Position numbers and translations under genes: made by a program
From: Octopus sinensis
Lineage: Eukaryota
Length of the DNA stretch: 64,000 nucleotides
Direction of reading: 5' to 3'
Assembly (NCBI RefSeq): GCF_006345805.1
Contig: NC_043002.1
Location: 50,840,001-50,904,000 of the forward strand
Shown: positions 1 to 12,430 of the stretch, piece by piece
Layout: each line of letters begins with the position of its first letter
How positions within the stretch are numbered: the first letter of the stretch is position 1
Notes under the pieces: model-generated
Databases searched by the model: none
Told to the model about the DNA's origin: nothing
The model's input: the letters and a program-made list of their open reading frames with translations, nothing else

Positions 1-540
1 CTCTCTCTCTCTCTTTCTCACTGTGTATCTCTTTATCACTTTCACTACCTTCATCTCACTGTGTCTCCTTTGCTCTTCTATTCCGCTCTTTACTTTCTTT
101 TTTCATTCTTTTTCACTTTTCTCTTCCTTCTTGCATTCATTTTTCTTTCGATTTTTCACACTGATTAATGAACACAGACATACCTACATACCATGTGTGT
201 GTGTGTGTGTGTATCTGTATGCATTATATACATATATATATATGTAACTATATGTATGTATATATAAATATATATATATCGTCGTCATATATTTACAAAT
301 ATATACGTGTGTATGTGTGTGTTTGTGTGCGTAGGTGATATACAGATACATTCATATATATATATAATATATATTATATATATATATATAATAATATAAT
401 ATATATTATATTATATATATATATAATAATACATACATATATATAATATATATATATATATATATAATACATACATATATATATATACATATATACATAT
501 ATATATTTGTTCTCTTATATATACATACGCACACATATAC

Positions 541-690
541 TCTTTTACTCGTTTCAATCATTTGACTGCGGTCATGCTGGAGCACCGCCTTATTCTATCA
601 ATCTAATTTGCTGAACAACTAAGTTACAGGGACACAACAACATCGGCTGACAAACGAGGATGGGGTGGGTGGGGGAAACACAGACACATA
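541..690 (-). mobile_element. 3' half of CORE-like tRNA SINE family
   Basis: Reverse complement of the family tail ...ggcggtgctccagcatggccgcagtcaaatgactgaaacaagtaaaaga seen in many other copies in the window. Confidence 0.8.
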
Positions 691-1193
691 AATATATACA
701 CACACACTCACATATATATACATATAATTTTGTAATTATGTAATTTTTGTAAATATATCTGTTAAAATGAGATATCAGTGGTATTTACATATATATATAT
801 GTGTGTGTTGTGTGTGTGTGTGTGTGTCTGTGTGTATATATATACACTACACCGCATGCATATAGGCCGGTGTATATGATGCATATTAACTTATAAACAC
901 AGTTTCGTTACTTATCAGAATACGCGCGCGTGCACACACACACACACACACAAGCACACACAAACATATACACGATTTAGCATAGAAGAACCCGTATATT
1001 TGTATGAATGAGTCTACATCTTTACGTTGACCTACCTCCTTTAATTCTGTGTTATATTCCTACACCATTAGAACAGTTTAGCTTTATTTCTAGCAATGTA
1101 GGTGTTTTTTATCACCCTAGTCACATTTAGTGACATATATATATATATGTGTGTGTTTGTTTGTGCGTGTGTGTATGTTTGTGTGTGTGTGTA

Positions 1194-2462
1194 CATGCTG
1201 CGATGGGTAAATTTTCGCCATTATATACCTTTAATTTTGCGCATGCGCATGGTTCGATTTTGATTTTGTCGACCACACAGTATAGAAAGCGTTAGTTGGG
1301 TACCATCTGTGAGAAAAAACAGTACCATGACGCAATTCACTCTGCCAGAAATTTGGAAACGACAAGCTATACTGTTTGGCATTCGCACCGGAAGCTCCAA
1401 TACGAACGTCTCAGAGTATTTGGGTGTCAAACTGAGGACACTCAGAGAATTCGGAAGGGGTTAGAATAGTCTAATGGTGATTTGAAGGAACGGCAGCTCG
1501 TGCACTCACTCTGATCGTTCTGATAAGAAAAGAACTCCTGAGTTTGTGGGTGAGATCCAGGCCATGACTGACAACGATCCCTCCAAATCAACCAGGCCCG
1601 TCATCAGGGACATCGGAGTGTCCGAGATTCTTATCAGGCGTGTATTGCATGAAGACATTCGGTATACATCATACAAGATGAGAAAGGGCCAATTTCTATC
1701 CCAAGCCATCATGAACAAGAGGAAAGACAGCGCTACGAAGCTTTTGAACAAGCTCAAGCAGCCCCTGCAACTAAAACAGGCTTTGGTCTTTCTCAGACGA
1801 GAAAACTTTCTGCCAGGATCAGATGGTGAACACACAGAACAACCGTTGGTTTGTTGTGTCCCCAAAACATGTACCGAGAGTGATAAAAGTCAAACACCCA
1901 GTCAACATCATGGTGTTTTGAGTGATCACTAGTGATGGCAACGTTATGCCTCTATTCATCTTACCACACGGCCTCACAATACGGATGCCAACATCAAGTG
2001 CCCGGAGGAGGTAGTGCTGCCCTGGGTTAAGTGGGTGACTGCTGGAAGATCTTATGTCTGGCAACAGGACTCTGTACCATGCCACACAAGCTGGAGAACC
2101 AAGTCATGGCTGTCAGACAATTTCTGCGACCAAATCACTCGAAACATTTAACCACCTAACTCCCCAGACTGCAATTATTATGTGTGAGGCGCACTTGAGC
2201 GAGAGACCAACAAAACTCATCGTGGCACCAAAGATGACTGAAGGCAAGGATCATGACAGCATTCACCAACTTAAACTAGGAGTCCGTCTAGAAGAGCTGC
2301 AAGAGATTCCGAAGTCGTCTAGAGGCCGTGATTGAAACCAATGTCGATTTTCTTGAATAAATCTACTCTTTCGTATTTCAAGATATTTTTATGCAATTTT
2401 GGTAAAGATATCTGTTAAAATGAGATGTCAGTGTTATTTTCATGTTTGCGTAATTTCGACGC
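1194..2462 (+). mobile_element. Degenerate Tc1/mariner-superfamily transposon, maT (DD37D) type, 3' TIR truncated
   Basis: Frameshifted transposase from ATG 1327: RTPEFVGEIQAMTDNDPSKS, DEKTFCQDQMVNTQNNRW, IMVF*VITSDG, WQQDSVPCHTS...PPNSPDCN-YYV*G. Restoring the missing PLD gives 37 residues between the 2nd and 3rd D. TA precedes the 5' end. Confidence 0.85.
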
Positions 2463-3020
2463 ACACGCAACATGTGCACGCACACAAACACGTACGCATA
2501 AATATAAACAGTTGCCGTTAGGTTTTGATATAATTCTCAGATTAACAGGGATATTTTAATTAAGGAAATTTTGTGTATGGTTTGTGTATGTTAACTAAAT
2601 TATGCAAATTAATGCCACTGGCACATACTGTCTTTTTATTACTTTTTGCTTAAATTTTTTGCCAAACAGCATTGTCCAAAGACTTTTTGTAATATACCGA
2701 TTTCTAGATGCAAATCTCTTCTAAACTTTGACTGTCTTATATTGACGTAACTGAAGGAAATGTATTTTCCTTAGACTTGAAGTATATATCGGGCTATTCT
2801 TTGCTTAAGCCTCTAAATTGAGAAATTAATTATTAAACTTGAGAAATTAATAATTAATTCCCTGTAATAATCTTCTCTTTTCTTTGGGAGTTACTAGATA
2901 ATCTTTTTCACTTTTCGTTCTCCTACTCAGAAAGAAATTTCAATTCTTTTTTTTCCCCTTATTTCTGTACTTTTTACTTAACTATATACATACGGGTATA
3001 TATATATTTTTTTTCTTTCA

Positions 3021-3435
3021 TATTCTTTTACTTGTTTCACCAATTTGACTGTGGCCATGCTGGAGCACTGCCTTTACTTGAACAAATTGACTCCAGGACT
3101 TATTCTTTGGAAGTCTAGTACTTATTCTATCGATCTCTTCTGCCGAACCGCCACGTTACGGGAACATAAACACAACCGCATCGATTGTCAAGCGATGTTG
3201 TGTGTGTGTGTGGGGGGTGCAAACACAGACACACATATATATACACACACATACATATATATATATATACATATATACGACGGGCTTCTTTCAGTTTCCG
3301 TCTAGCAAATCCACTCAGAAGGCTTTGGTCGGCTCGAGGCTATAGAAGAAAACACTTGCCCAAGATGCCACGCAGTGGGACTGAATCCCGAACCATGTGG
3401 TTATTAAGCAAGCTACTTATCACACAGCCAATCCT
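3021..3435 (-). mobile_element. Near full-length CORE-like tRNA SINE with internal microsatellite
   Basis: Head (ggttcgggattcagtcccactgcgtggcatcttgggcaagtg on minus), body, internal (AT)/(AC) tract ~3200-3277 and conserved tail. Confidence 0.85.
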
Positions 3436-3469
3436 ATATGTTTTTTTTTTTCGAAATCTGAGAGCTCGC

Positions 3470-3830
3470 TTTAAAACCATGTGGTTTTGTCTCCAGTCCC
3501 ATTGAACGGCAACTTAGGCATGTGTCTTCTATTGTAGCACTGAGTCGACCAATGCTTTCAGTGTAAAGATGTTAGACGGGAACATTGTTGAACCTCGTTG
3601 TATATATATATATCTATATCTACGAGTGTGTGTGTGTGTGTGTCTTTGTATTTCTGTTTACCTCTCACCCAATTTGACAACTCTGTTGGCTTGTTTACGC
3701 CCTTGTAACTTACCAGCTCGGCAAGAAACCGATAGAATAAGAACCAGAATTAAATAGAGTAAGCACTAAAACCTTCCAAGACGATGCTTCAAACATGGCA
3801 TAGTCCAATGACTGAAGGAAATAAAGATTT
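3470..3830 (+). mobile_element. Older, degenerate copy of the same SINE, head-to-head with the previous copy
   Basis: Diverged head, internal (AT)/(GT) tract, gatagaataag and atgactgaa tail motifs. Confidence 0.65.
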
Positions 3831-4128
3831 ATTAAAGATACGCACACATGCGTATGCGTGCGTTCGTTAGTGTGTGTGTGTGTATGTGTGTGTATGTGTA
3901 TGCGTATGTGTGTGTGTATGTGTGTGTTTGTGTTTGTGTATGTGTGTGTGTGTGTGATTTGTCCAAACTAGAGACTTAGCTGCTGAACTTCCTAACAAGG
4001 GCAGTTTCACATTCTTTTATTCACTCGATGCCAAGAACATTAACTCTGTCAACCGTCGCTCATTCGATCTTGCCATTCCACCATTTTCCAGTTACAAATT
4101 TACAAAAATGTGCGTACTTCTGTTCGTT

Positions 4129-4140
4129 TGCGCATGCGCA
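4129..4140. promoter_or_regulatory. NRF1-type palindrome TGCGCATGCGCA in a non-repetitive island
   Basis: Exact 12-bp palindrome. Function is inferred only. Confidence 0.25.
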
Positions 4141-4574
4141 CCACTGACCAAGGTTTGTGTGGAACACTCGTAGCCGGCCATTTATGCAATTCTTACCCCG
4201 TTTCCACGACACCGATGTTTATCCGAAGAAAAAAAAAAACAGTCGACTTGCACGATTTTACATTGCACCAGTTTTGCCGAGAGTGTTTCTACCAGAATGC
4301 AAAGAGCTGGAACAATTACCACAAAGGAATTTTGTCCAGTCTGCTAATAGTGCCATCAGTCTGCTATTTCTGGATTGGTACTATACATTTCAAATGACTA
4401 CGTAAGGACTTTGGTCCTGGTAATAATAATAGTAATTCCTGGTAGGAATAATAGTAAAGACGCAGATTACTCAGTGGTGGTGGCAGTGGTTGTGATGATG
4501 GTAGTGATGGTGGTGACGATTGTTCTTGAGAAGTCGTTAGATGTTGTTAACCGTTTACAATGTTGTTTCGTCCC

Positions 4575-5558
4575 AGGTCAGATGGGACTGTGCAAACCCA
4601 TGACCATCACATCGAATTGTTTGTTGTTCAATATGGCCTTCCTCTTTCGAAGACGTTAAGCAGAGAGTAATTTCAAGGAGATTTGGGACTCAGCAAACCC
4701 ATGACCCTTAGATCGAATTGCATTTTTGTCCAATGTGGCCCTTCTTTCAAGACGTTAAGCAGAGAGTAATTTCAAGGAGATTTGGGACTCAGCAAACCCA
4801 TGACCCTTAGATCGAATTGCATGTTGTCCAATGTGGCCTTCTTCTTTCGAAGACGTTAAGCAGAGAGTAATTTCAAGGAGATTTGGGACTCAGCAAACCC
4901 ATGACCCTTAGATCGAATTGCATGTTGTCCAATGTGGCCTTCTTCTTTCGAAGACGTTAAGCAGAGAGTAATTTCAAGGAGATTTGGACTCAGCAACCCA
5001 TGACCCTTAGATCGAATTGCATGTTGTCCAATGTGGCCTTCTCTTTCGAAGACGTTAAGCAGAGAGTAATTTCAAGAGATTTGGGACTCAGCAAACCCAT
5101 GACCTTAGATCGAATTGCATGTTTGTCCATGTCCTTCTTCTTTCGAATACGTTAAGCAGAGAGTAATTTCAAGGAGATTTGGCTCAGCAAACCCATGACC
5201 CTTAGATCGAATTGCATGTTGTCCTGTGGCCTCTTCTTTCGAAGACGTTATCAGAGAGTAATTTCAAGGAGATTTGGGACTCAGCAAACCCATGACCCTT
5301 AGATCGAATTGTATGTTGTCCAATGTGGCCTTCTCTTTCGAGACGTTACAGAGAGTAATTTCAAGGAGATTTGGGACTCAGGAGACCCATGACCATCACA
5401 TCGAATTGTATATTGTCCAATGTGGCCTTTCTCTTTCGAAGACGTTAGACAAAACCCATGACCATCACATCGAATTGAATGTTGTCCAATATGGCCTTCA
5501 TCTTTCGAAGACGTTTGGCGGGGAGTAATTTCAAGGAGATTTAGTTGCTGTATTTAGC
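4575..5558 (+). repeat. Tandem array, 10 units of ~96-101 bp (last period 69 bp)
   Basis: ccatgacc anchors at 4598, 4699, 4798, 4899, 4998, 5097, 5193, 5290, 5387 and 5456. No unique spacers. Confidence 0.95.
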
Positions 5559-5564
5559 CGAATA

Positions 5565-6320
5565 GAAGCTTTTTTTGTTGGTTCGATGTTGGCGGTAGTA
5601 ATGATAATATTGATGATTATAGTGTTATTGATGGTTATTGATTATGTCTGTCTTAGTGGGTGGGCATGGAAAATTGAGGTTATCATTGTTGATAGTTATA
5701 ATTATTTTTTGTTCGGTTATATTTTTGTCGAAGGTGGTGGTTATGGTGCAACTCTAAATGTTGTCGTTGTCAATGTTTTATTTTTAGTGGTGGTGGTGGT
5801 AGTGAATGGAATGATACTAGATATATTGTTGTTGTTGTTGGTGGTAGTGGTAGTGGTGATGAGGTCAGTGGCAGTGGTGTTGGTGTATGTTGCGATGGTG
5901 GTACTGGGTTTGATGTTGGCGGTGGTAGTGACATGTGATAATGTCGGCGGCGAGTGATGGGGTTTGGTGGAGGTCTTAAGGATGTTTGTTGTTGGTGTTT
6001 TTGTCACGGTGTTGGTTGTGTTGGCGAGTAATGTTTGTGGTAGTGAAGATATCATTTGCCTATAGGAGATGGTGTACGAGGCGGTGCAAATGATAGCTAT
6101 AGTTGTTGTAGTAGTGGTTGTTGTTATGGTAGTGGTGATGGTAGAGAATTTGCAGTTGATGTTGGTGGCAGTAGTGGCGGTGCTAATAGTAGTAATGGTG
6201 TGGCGATGTTAATCACAGTGGTATTGGTGGTAGCAGTGATGGTTATCTTGTGGATGGTGCTTGCGATGGTGTTGTAGTGATGCTGCTGTTGGTGGTAGTG
6301 GTGGTGTTGATGATGCCTTC
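5565..6320. repeat. Degenerate (GGT/GTT/GAT)n low-complexity tract
   Basis: Trinucleotide-rich composition. Poly-V and poly-T ORFs are artefacts. Confidence 0.85.
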
Positions 6321-6444
6321 AGCTAAAAGAAAATATTCCATTAATGAATTTGGCAGCAATGTCTTTCAAAGCGATAAAAGGTATGATAAAAAACAAACAG
6401 TAATAGGAATATATATATATATAATATATATATAATATATATAT

Positions 6445-6517
<73 letters not shown>

Positions 6518-6794
6518 ATACACATGTATATATATAAAACACGTCCTAATTGTTAAAATTTTCTAATAGTCATACCTAGCGGTGTAATAAGCCATGAGCT
6601 CTGTTTCTCTGGGACTCAACAACAATCTGATTGACACGAAGATGTGACCGATTGTTACCCTTATCTATATTACAGTTAAAGTTTAATTTGTACTCTAGTT
6701 GTTTGTATTATATTAATCTCTGAAGCTGGCAGCAGACCAAACATTGGTCGACTTAATCGGTCTCCCGGTTTAAAAGCAATAACATGATTTAGAC

Positions 6795-7172
6795 CAGTGG
6801 CTGGTTCTCAACCATTTTTTTGTTAATGTTTGGACCCCTTTGCTTACTATTTTATTCTCGTGGACCCCTATAGTCATTTAGTGTTTAAAAGCTAATTTCA
6901 TAGAGAATTCTTTCAAAATTCCTATTTCTTTTTCCACATGTTCACTTGCATAGATTTGCAATAGAATTCTTTGATAGAACATGTTTCAGCGATCATAAAC
7001 ATGTCGAACTACTAAAACTTTGGAGAAAGGAACCTAGCTATTTCTTGTGATAAATACATCTAAAGTAAATTATTTTTCGCGAACCTTTATAACACTACTA
7101 TGAATTCCCAGCTTACTATTTTTGCCTGCGTGGAAGCCACAAATTCATATGGACTCCACTTAAGAACCACTG
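6795..7172. mobile_element. hAT (Charlie-like) MITE
   Basis: Ends cagtgg(ctgg)ttctcaacc ... cttaagaaccactg. 8-bp TSD atttagac (6787-6794) / acttagac (7173-7180), 1 mismatch, central TA. Confidence 0.8.
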
Positions 7173-7751
7173 ACTTAGACCATGATTAGCTTTAGCAGAG
7201 TCTATTCAGGCCACATCTTCCATCTGAGAATAACTTCTTATCAGTTTTACACCATTCTCAGTGTCGTGGAACCCGCCCTTCCACACCTGGCAAAGCGATA
7301 AAAGATAGACATTGTTATTGTCATTATTTTTGATCGGGGCAGCCGAATTGAGCGTCTCGTTTATTTTCGCTTTTTTTTTTTCTTCAGGTGTAGTTGTATC
7401 TAAGATAATATTTGTGTAAATACTCTTTCGTATTTGTTCTATTCAAGATGGAGAGTGTGGTTTGAGAAGCATTTGGCTGCTATTTCTAGCTTATCTGTCG
7501 AGTACGTAAATACTTTCTGATTGTTTTAACCAGGTCATATATTTTCATGGAAGGTATATAATCAGTTGAATTTCTCTTCGTATTACTGGTATTTTGTGTG
7601 GCAGTTTGTGCGAGTGTCAACTACAATAGGCTCAGCCTTGTAAGTGGACTTGGTAGAAACTGAAAGAAGCCTGTCGTCTATCTATTTATCTATCTATCTT
7701 TTTTCTTTTATACTATACGTATATAAATATGCATATATATAATATATATAT

Positions 7752-7835
<84 letters not shown>

Positions 7836-7854
7836 TTATGAGTGTATGTACCCA

Positions 7855-7990
7855 AAGATAAAGACGTGTATGGACAACATGCAAGTGTAATAGTTTGACG
7901 CTCAGGAAAATAAAAGAGTCTTTGACGTTTCAAGCCTACGCTCTTCAACAGATAGGAATAAAAAATATAATAAACGGAGAGAGAATGAAA
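7855..7990 (-). mobile_element. Penelope-like terminal fragment carrying a hammerhead-like motif
   Basis: Reverse complement of the fragment at 30437-30585. Motif at 7920-7955. Confidence 0.6.
7920..7955 (-). ncRNA. Minimal type I hammerhead-like motif (A6U core)
   Basis: CUAU CUGUUGA A GAGC-GUAG-GCUU GAAAC GUC AAAG, with palindromic ACGU stem III and one stem I mismatch. Confidence 0.5.
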
Positions 7991-8439
7991 ATACCCTGCA
8001 GAATAATTAGAAATAAAGTATGAAAGAAAGGGCGATAATAATAAAAGAAATATATACATATACTCGTGTGTGTGTATGTAAGAATGTATGTATGTATGAA
8101 TGTATGTATATATATATATATGCATGAATGCTGCTTGCAGGATGTTCTCAATGCGCCAGATATTAAACTTATTAGAACGTATGTTTGAATGCCCTTATAT
8201 AAATTCGCAAATATGTTAGCCTGAATGTGTACGTGTTTGAAAAATATAATGCTACAAAAGTATATGCGATTCGCTACAAATCTATTTAAATGAAACATAA
8301 ACGCACACAGAAAATGATAGTCTTCAACTCAGAGATATATGTATATGCTACTATTCCTTTGCATATTTCTAAAAGTCCATTCGCGTACACGCGATTCTTC
8401 GTATGAGCGCAAGTGTAAGTATATGATTTAGATCTGTGA

Positions 8440-8467
8440 GAGCAAACTATAGGCTTATGTATATGTG

Positions 8468-8498
<31 letters not shown>

Positions 8499-8822
8499 TG
8501 TGTGTGTGTGTGTGTGTGTGTGTATAAGTGTATATGTATGCATGTATATATATATATATATACATACAATATATATATGTATATGTGTATATACATACAT
8601 ACATATAAATACACATATACAAACAATATATATATATACACACACATACATATATATATATATTTGTATGTATGTGTGTATGTGTGTGTGTATATATATA
8701 TATATGTGTGTGTGTGTAGTATATGTGTATGTGTGTAGTATATGTGTGTGTGTTTGTGTGTGTGTATAGTATATATGTGTGTGTTTGTGTGTGTGTGTGG
8801 TGTGTGTGTGTGTGTGTGTGTA
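8440..8822. repeat. Compound (AT)n/(GT)n/(AC)n microsatellite block
   Basis: Direct inspection. Similar blocks occur at 240-530, 9420-9830, 10480-10660, 13620-13780, 16160-16312, 28090-28570, 43180-43470, 43600-43860 and 62500-62830. Confidence 0.95.
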
Positions 8823-9586
8823 TTTTCGTTTCCATGTCATTTTGATCGTGCTAACGTGTTCTATATATCTGTTGTCTTTGTCTAGTAATGCCCTATTTTT
8901 CTTCCCACGCATGTCGTTTGCTCACTCTTCCATCGTGACTGTTTCAGCGCCCGAAAATTACTCGTTTGCCTCCAGATTCTAATATACCTGGCTGTTTTAT
9001 ACAGTAAAACTTCACTACATCATTATCAGCTATCTGGAGATGACACTCGCCTTTAGAATGTGGCCATCACCCAATGTGTCGCTGTCACGATTCACATTCA
9101 TTCAGCAGTCTGGCCATAACGTCGCCTGCTTTCCTCAAACACGTCAACAGGCATTCATAGTTTGAAACGATGCGGGGCTTTAGTAAGAAATGACAATATA
9201 TATATACAGGCACACGCAGAAATAGAAACACATATATTTAGAAACCCTTATAGATACATGCACAGTAGGCATACAGATGCAAAAATGAATGATACAGAGA
9301 GACCGATAGAGAAAACTGAGAGACAGATACTGAGACAGGGGGAGAAACTGACGAAAACAATATATAATATACAAAGCATTATACAATTCTTAATGCATAA
9401 ATGTATGTAGACACGTATGAATTTATGTGTGTGTGTGTGAGTGTGTGTGTGTGCGTATTATATATGCACATATGTGTGTGTGCGCGTGTGCATGCGTGTG
9501 TGTGTATATGTATGTGGGCGTTTGTATTTATGCATATAGTTACGTGTTCAAATGTACATATGTATATATTTTATATACATACATAG

Positions 9587-9638
<52 letters not shown>

Positions 9639-9728
9639 TATGAATATAATACACGTACTCAAACATACTCAAACATTGCATACACATATATGTTTATAAT
9701 ATACATATATTCCACACACACACACACC

Positions 9729-9759
<31 letters not shown>

Positions 9760-9772
9760 TATATATATTATA

Positions 9773-9808
<36 letters not shown>

Positions 9809-10481
9809 CACGTGTTGTGTGTGAGTGTATGTGTGAGTGTGTGGCTTTCTGCATACAAGTGTGTTTACGAAGCTTGTAATAGACCAAGCATAAATATTCT
9901 GAATCAAACTAATATCCCGAATACGGACACATAAACACACGCGCACGTTCGCAAACAAACAAACACACACACCACACCCACAACACACCCACCACCCACA
10001 CACACACACATTATATTATATATGAATGTAGAGATTTTATGTAAGTATGAATATCAGTGGAATCGGTAAACGAGACAATGAAAAAATGTAAAATGCCTAT
10101 GAGAGTTGTGAGACGAAGAGATTAATGTGACATAAAACATCATGGCAAGAAGTTATGATAGTTTATACTGCAAACTAACTAGTGTTGGTTATAGTTGTAA
10201 AAATTGGCAGTATTTTCTCCTCCCTGATTCTTCGTATTTCCATTGAAATAAGTTTGTCCGTCTCTTCAATCTTCTTGTCTTCCTCTCCAAACAGACTAAC
10301 ATACACACATATATACACACACACAAGCATATACATAGAAATATGCATGTATATATGTATACACACACACACGCACGCACGCACACGCACACACACACAA
10401 CACACATAATAAATGATTTAGAATCAGTTGAATTAGGTACTTAGGCACCAAGTCAGTCCGTATCATCCGCACAGCTTTATA

Positions 10482-10518
<37 letters not shown>

Positions 10519-10536
10519 ATATATATGTATGTATTT

Positions 10537-10578
<42 letters not shown>

Positions 10579-10606
10579 ATATATATATTATATATATAAT
10601 ATAGAT

Positions 10607-10656
<50 letters not shown>

Positions 10657-10663
10657 ATATAAT

Positions 10664-11450
10664 GTCGAAGTCTGATATGAGTTTGAATGTCCGGACTGTT
10701 GCCATAGTAACAGTGTTAAAGCGCGCAGGGTGAAGCCGGTTGGCGCAGATTGACCTTGTCCTCTGCTGTGCATGTATACGGTTTTAACGTGCTAGTTCAC
10801 TTCCCCTGTCTACAGCAGTGCTTGGAAGTAACGTGTGTAACGTGTAATCGTCACAGTGACCATGAGTGAAAAAGTTGTCATGGTGATACCTACTCAGCGG
10901 CCTACGGAAGGTTGCAGAAAGTGTATGGAAAGGAGTGCATGTGTCGCACTTGTACGAATGGTTAGACGATTCAAAGATGGCCGAAAATATGTCGATTGTA
11001 ACGAACATTCTGGGAGACCTGTAACCAGCAAAAGTGAGAAAATCGTCAGAGATGTGCGTGCAACTGTGAGGGGAAATCGACGAATCATCATCAGTGAATT
11101 ATCAGAGGATGTGCTAACTATCGCTGAAGCTTTGGGTATAAGACGACTGACTGCCAAGTTTGTACCAGAACTGCTTTCAACATGTTAAGCTTCAGATTAG
11201 CCCATTATCACTGAAGATTTGGGTATGAGACGCATATCTGCCAAGTTTGTGTAAAAACTGCTTTCAGCTGACCAAAAAGGAACTCGGGCTTCGGTTGCAA
11301 AAGTTCTTGATTGTGTCGAGAACGATGAAACCTTTTTGAAAACATTGTGTCGGCCTCTGAGCAGGTGTCGCTAAACTTTTAGCAAAATTTGATGCAGATT
11401 CTCTCCTCAGCTTTCTTCGTCTTGGTCAATGCGAACATCACACGTTACAT
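10664..11450 (+). mobile_element. Internally deleted mariner derivative (N-terminal HTH region only)
   Basis: AYGRLQKVYGKECMCR / VRRFKDGRKYVDCNEHSGRPVTSKSEKIVRDVRATVRGNRRIIISELSEDV / TEDLGMRRISAKFV*KLLSADQK. No DDD domain. Confidence 0.8.
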
Positions 11451-12079
11451 AGTAAAGATATTCTCTTTGAAATGAGTGGGATAGTAAACTTTTAGTATTA
11501 ATACTAAATCTACATAAACAATCAATCCAACGATGACCTAGTTTTAGGACTACGTTTTGCTTCATCTACATCACACATTACACGACTAAAGGCGGTACTC
11601 CAGCATGGCCGCAGTCAAATGACTGAAACAAATAAAGCAATAAAAGAATATATATATGTAATCACATATACAGATGTAGGTTTCAGATGGTTACGTAACA
11701 TATCTCTCACGCAGAAATCCGTTTTTTTTCCAGTTATAAACGAAATACAAAGGTAGTTTCAAACTTGCTCCAATATATTTTAGAATGCATAAATTACAGA
11801 AAACTATGAGGAAAACAGTTTAGAAAGAAAGAGAGAAAAGAGAAAAATAGAAAAATGTTTAGATTAAAAGAGATAAGAGATAATATAATTTAAAACTAAG
11901 GAAGAAGAGGAGGAGTAGTTAACGATAACGTAATGATAAAAAATAAATAAAAAACGTTAACTTTCAACCGTAGAAGGAAATAAAATTTAATATATTGTAC
12001 TGCAAAAGATAGGACAATTCATTCTCATGAAGTCTGAGAAGTATGAGCCCACGTTAATAGAATATTAAAGAAATTAAAG

Positions 12080-12430
12080 ATGTCCTCCCTTGTTTTCTGG
12101 ACAATGACGTCTTTGAATATAAAAAAGAGTCAGTCCGTCACAGCCTGTGCCGTATTTATCCTACTTTTTATTCGCTTTGATGCCACACCCACGACTAACA
12201 TTTTATTGCACCCTTCTATCGACATAGTTATGCCTGCGCTTGTACACTTTGAATGTTAGCTTACTGTATTCGCACAGGAGACGGTTAATACTTTGCTCTC
12301 CATTTCGACAGATTCCGGATTTGCTCTCTGAATGAATCATTTTATCAATCCTTGCCTTTATAAAATTCGATTTAATGACTTGTTCCTGAGCGACCATAAT
12401 TACCGATTCAGTTTCTGAATCAGTAGGTGG
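12080..12430 (-). pseudogene. R4/Dong-like (RLE-clade) non-LTR retrotransposon relic, CCHC knuckle region
   Basis: ETESVIMVAQEQVIKSNFIKARIDK...ICRNGEQSINRLLCEYSKLTFKVYKRRHNYVDRRVQ matches the recalled ETESL..AAQEQA..TN..KA.IDK..CR.C..ETI.H..S.C.KLA..EYKRRH pattern. A possible upstream piece lies at 12640-12760. Confidence 0.75.

Noticed and set aside
4575-5558. Possible CRISPR-like array
   Set aside because: Units are full-length tandem copies with no unique spacers, the context is eukaryotic, and there are no cas genes.
8286-8912. 208-aa H/T/Y/I-rich ORF and similar ORFs throughout
   Set aside because: Translations of (AC)n/(AT)n microsatellites.
10175-10290. Charged peptide SLFGEEDKKIEETDKLISMEIRRIREEKILPIF on minus after a gttag
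   Set aside because: The acceptor lacks a pyrimidine tract, there is no donor before the stop, and I recognise no homology.
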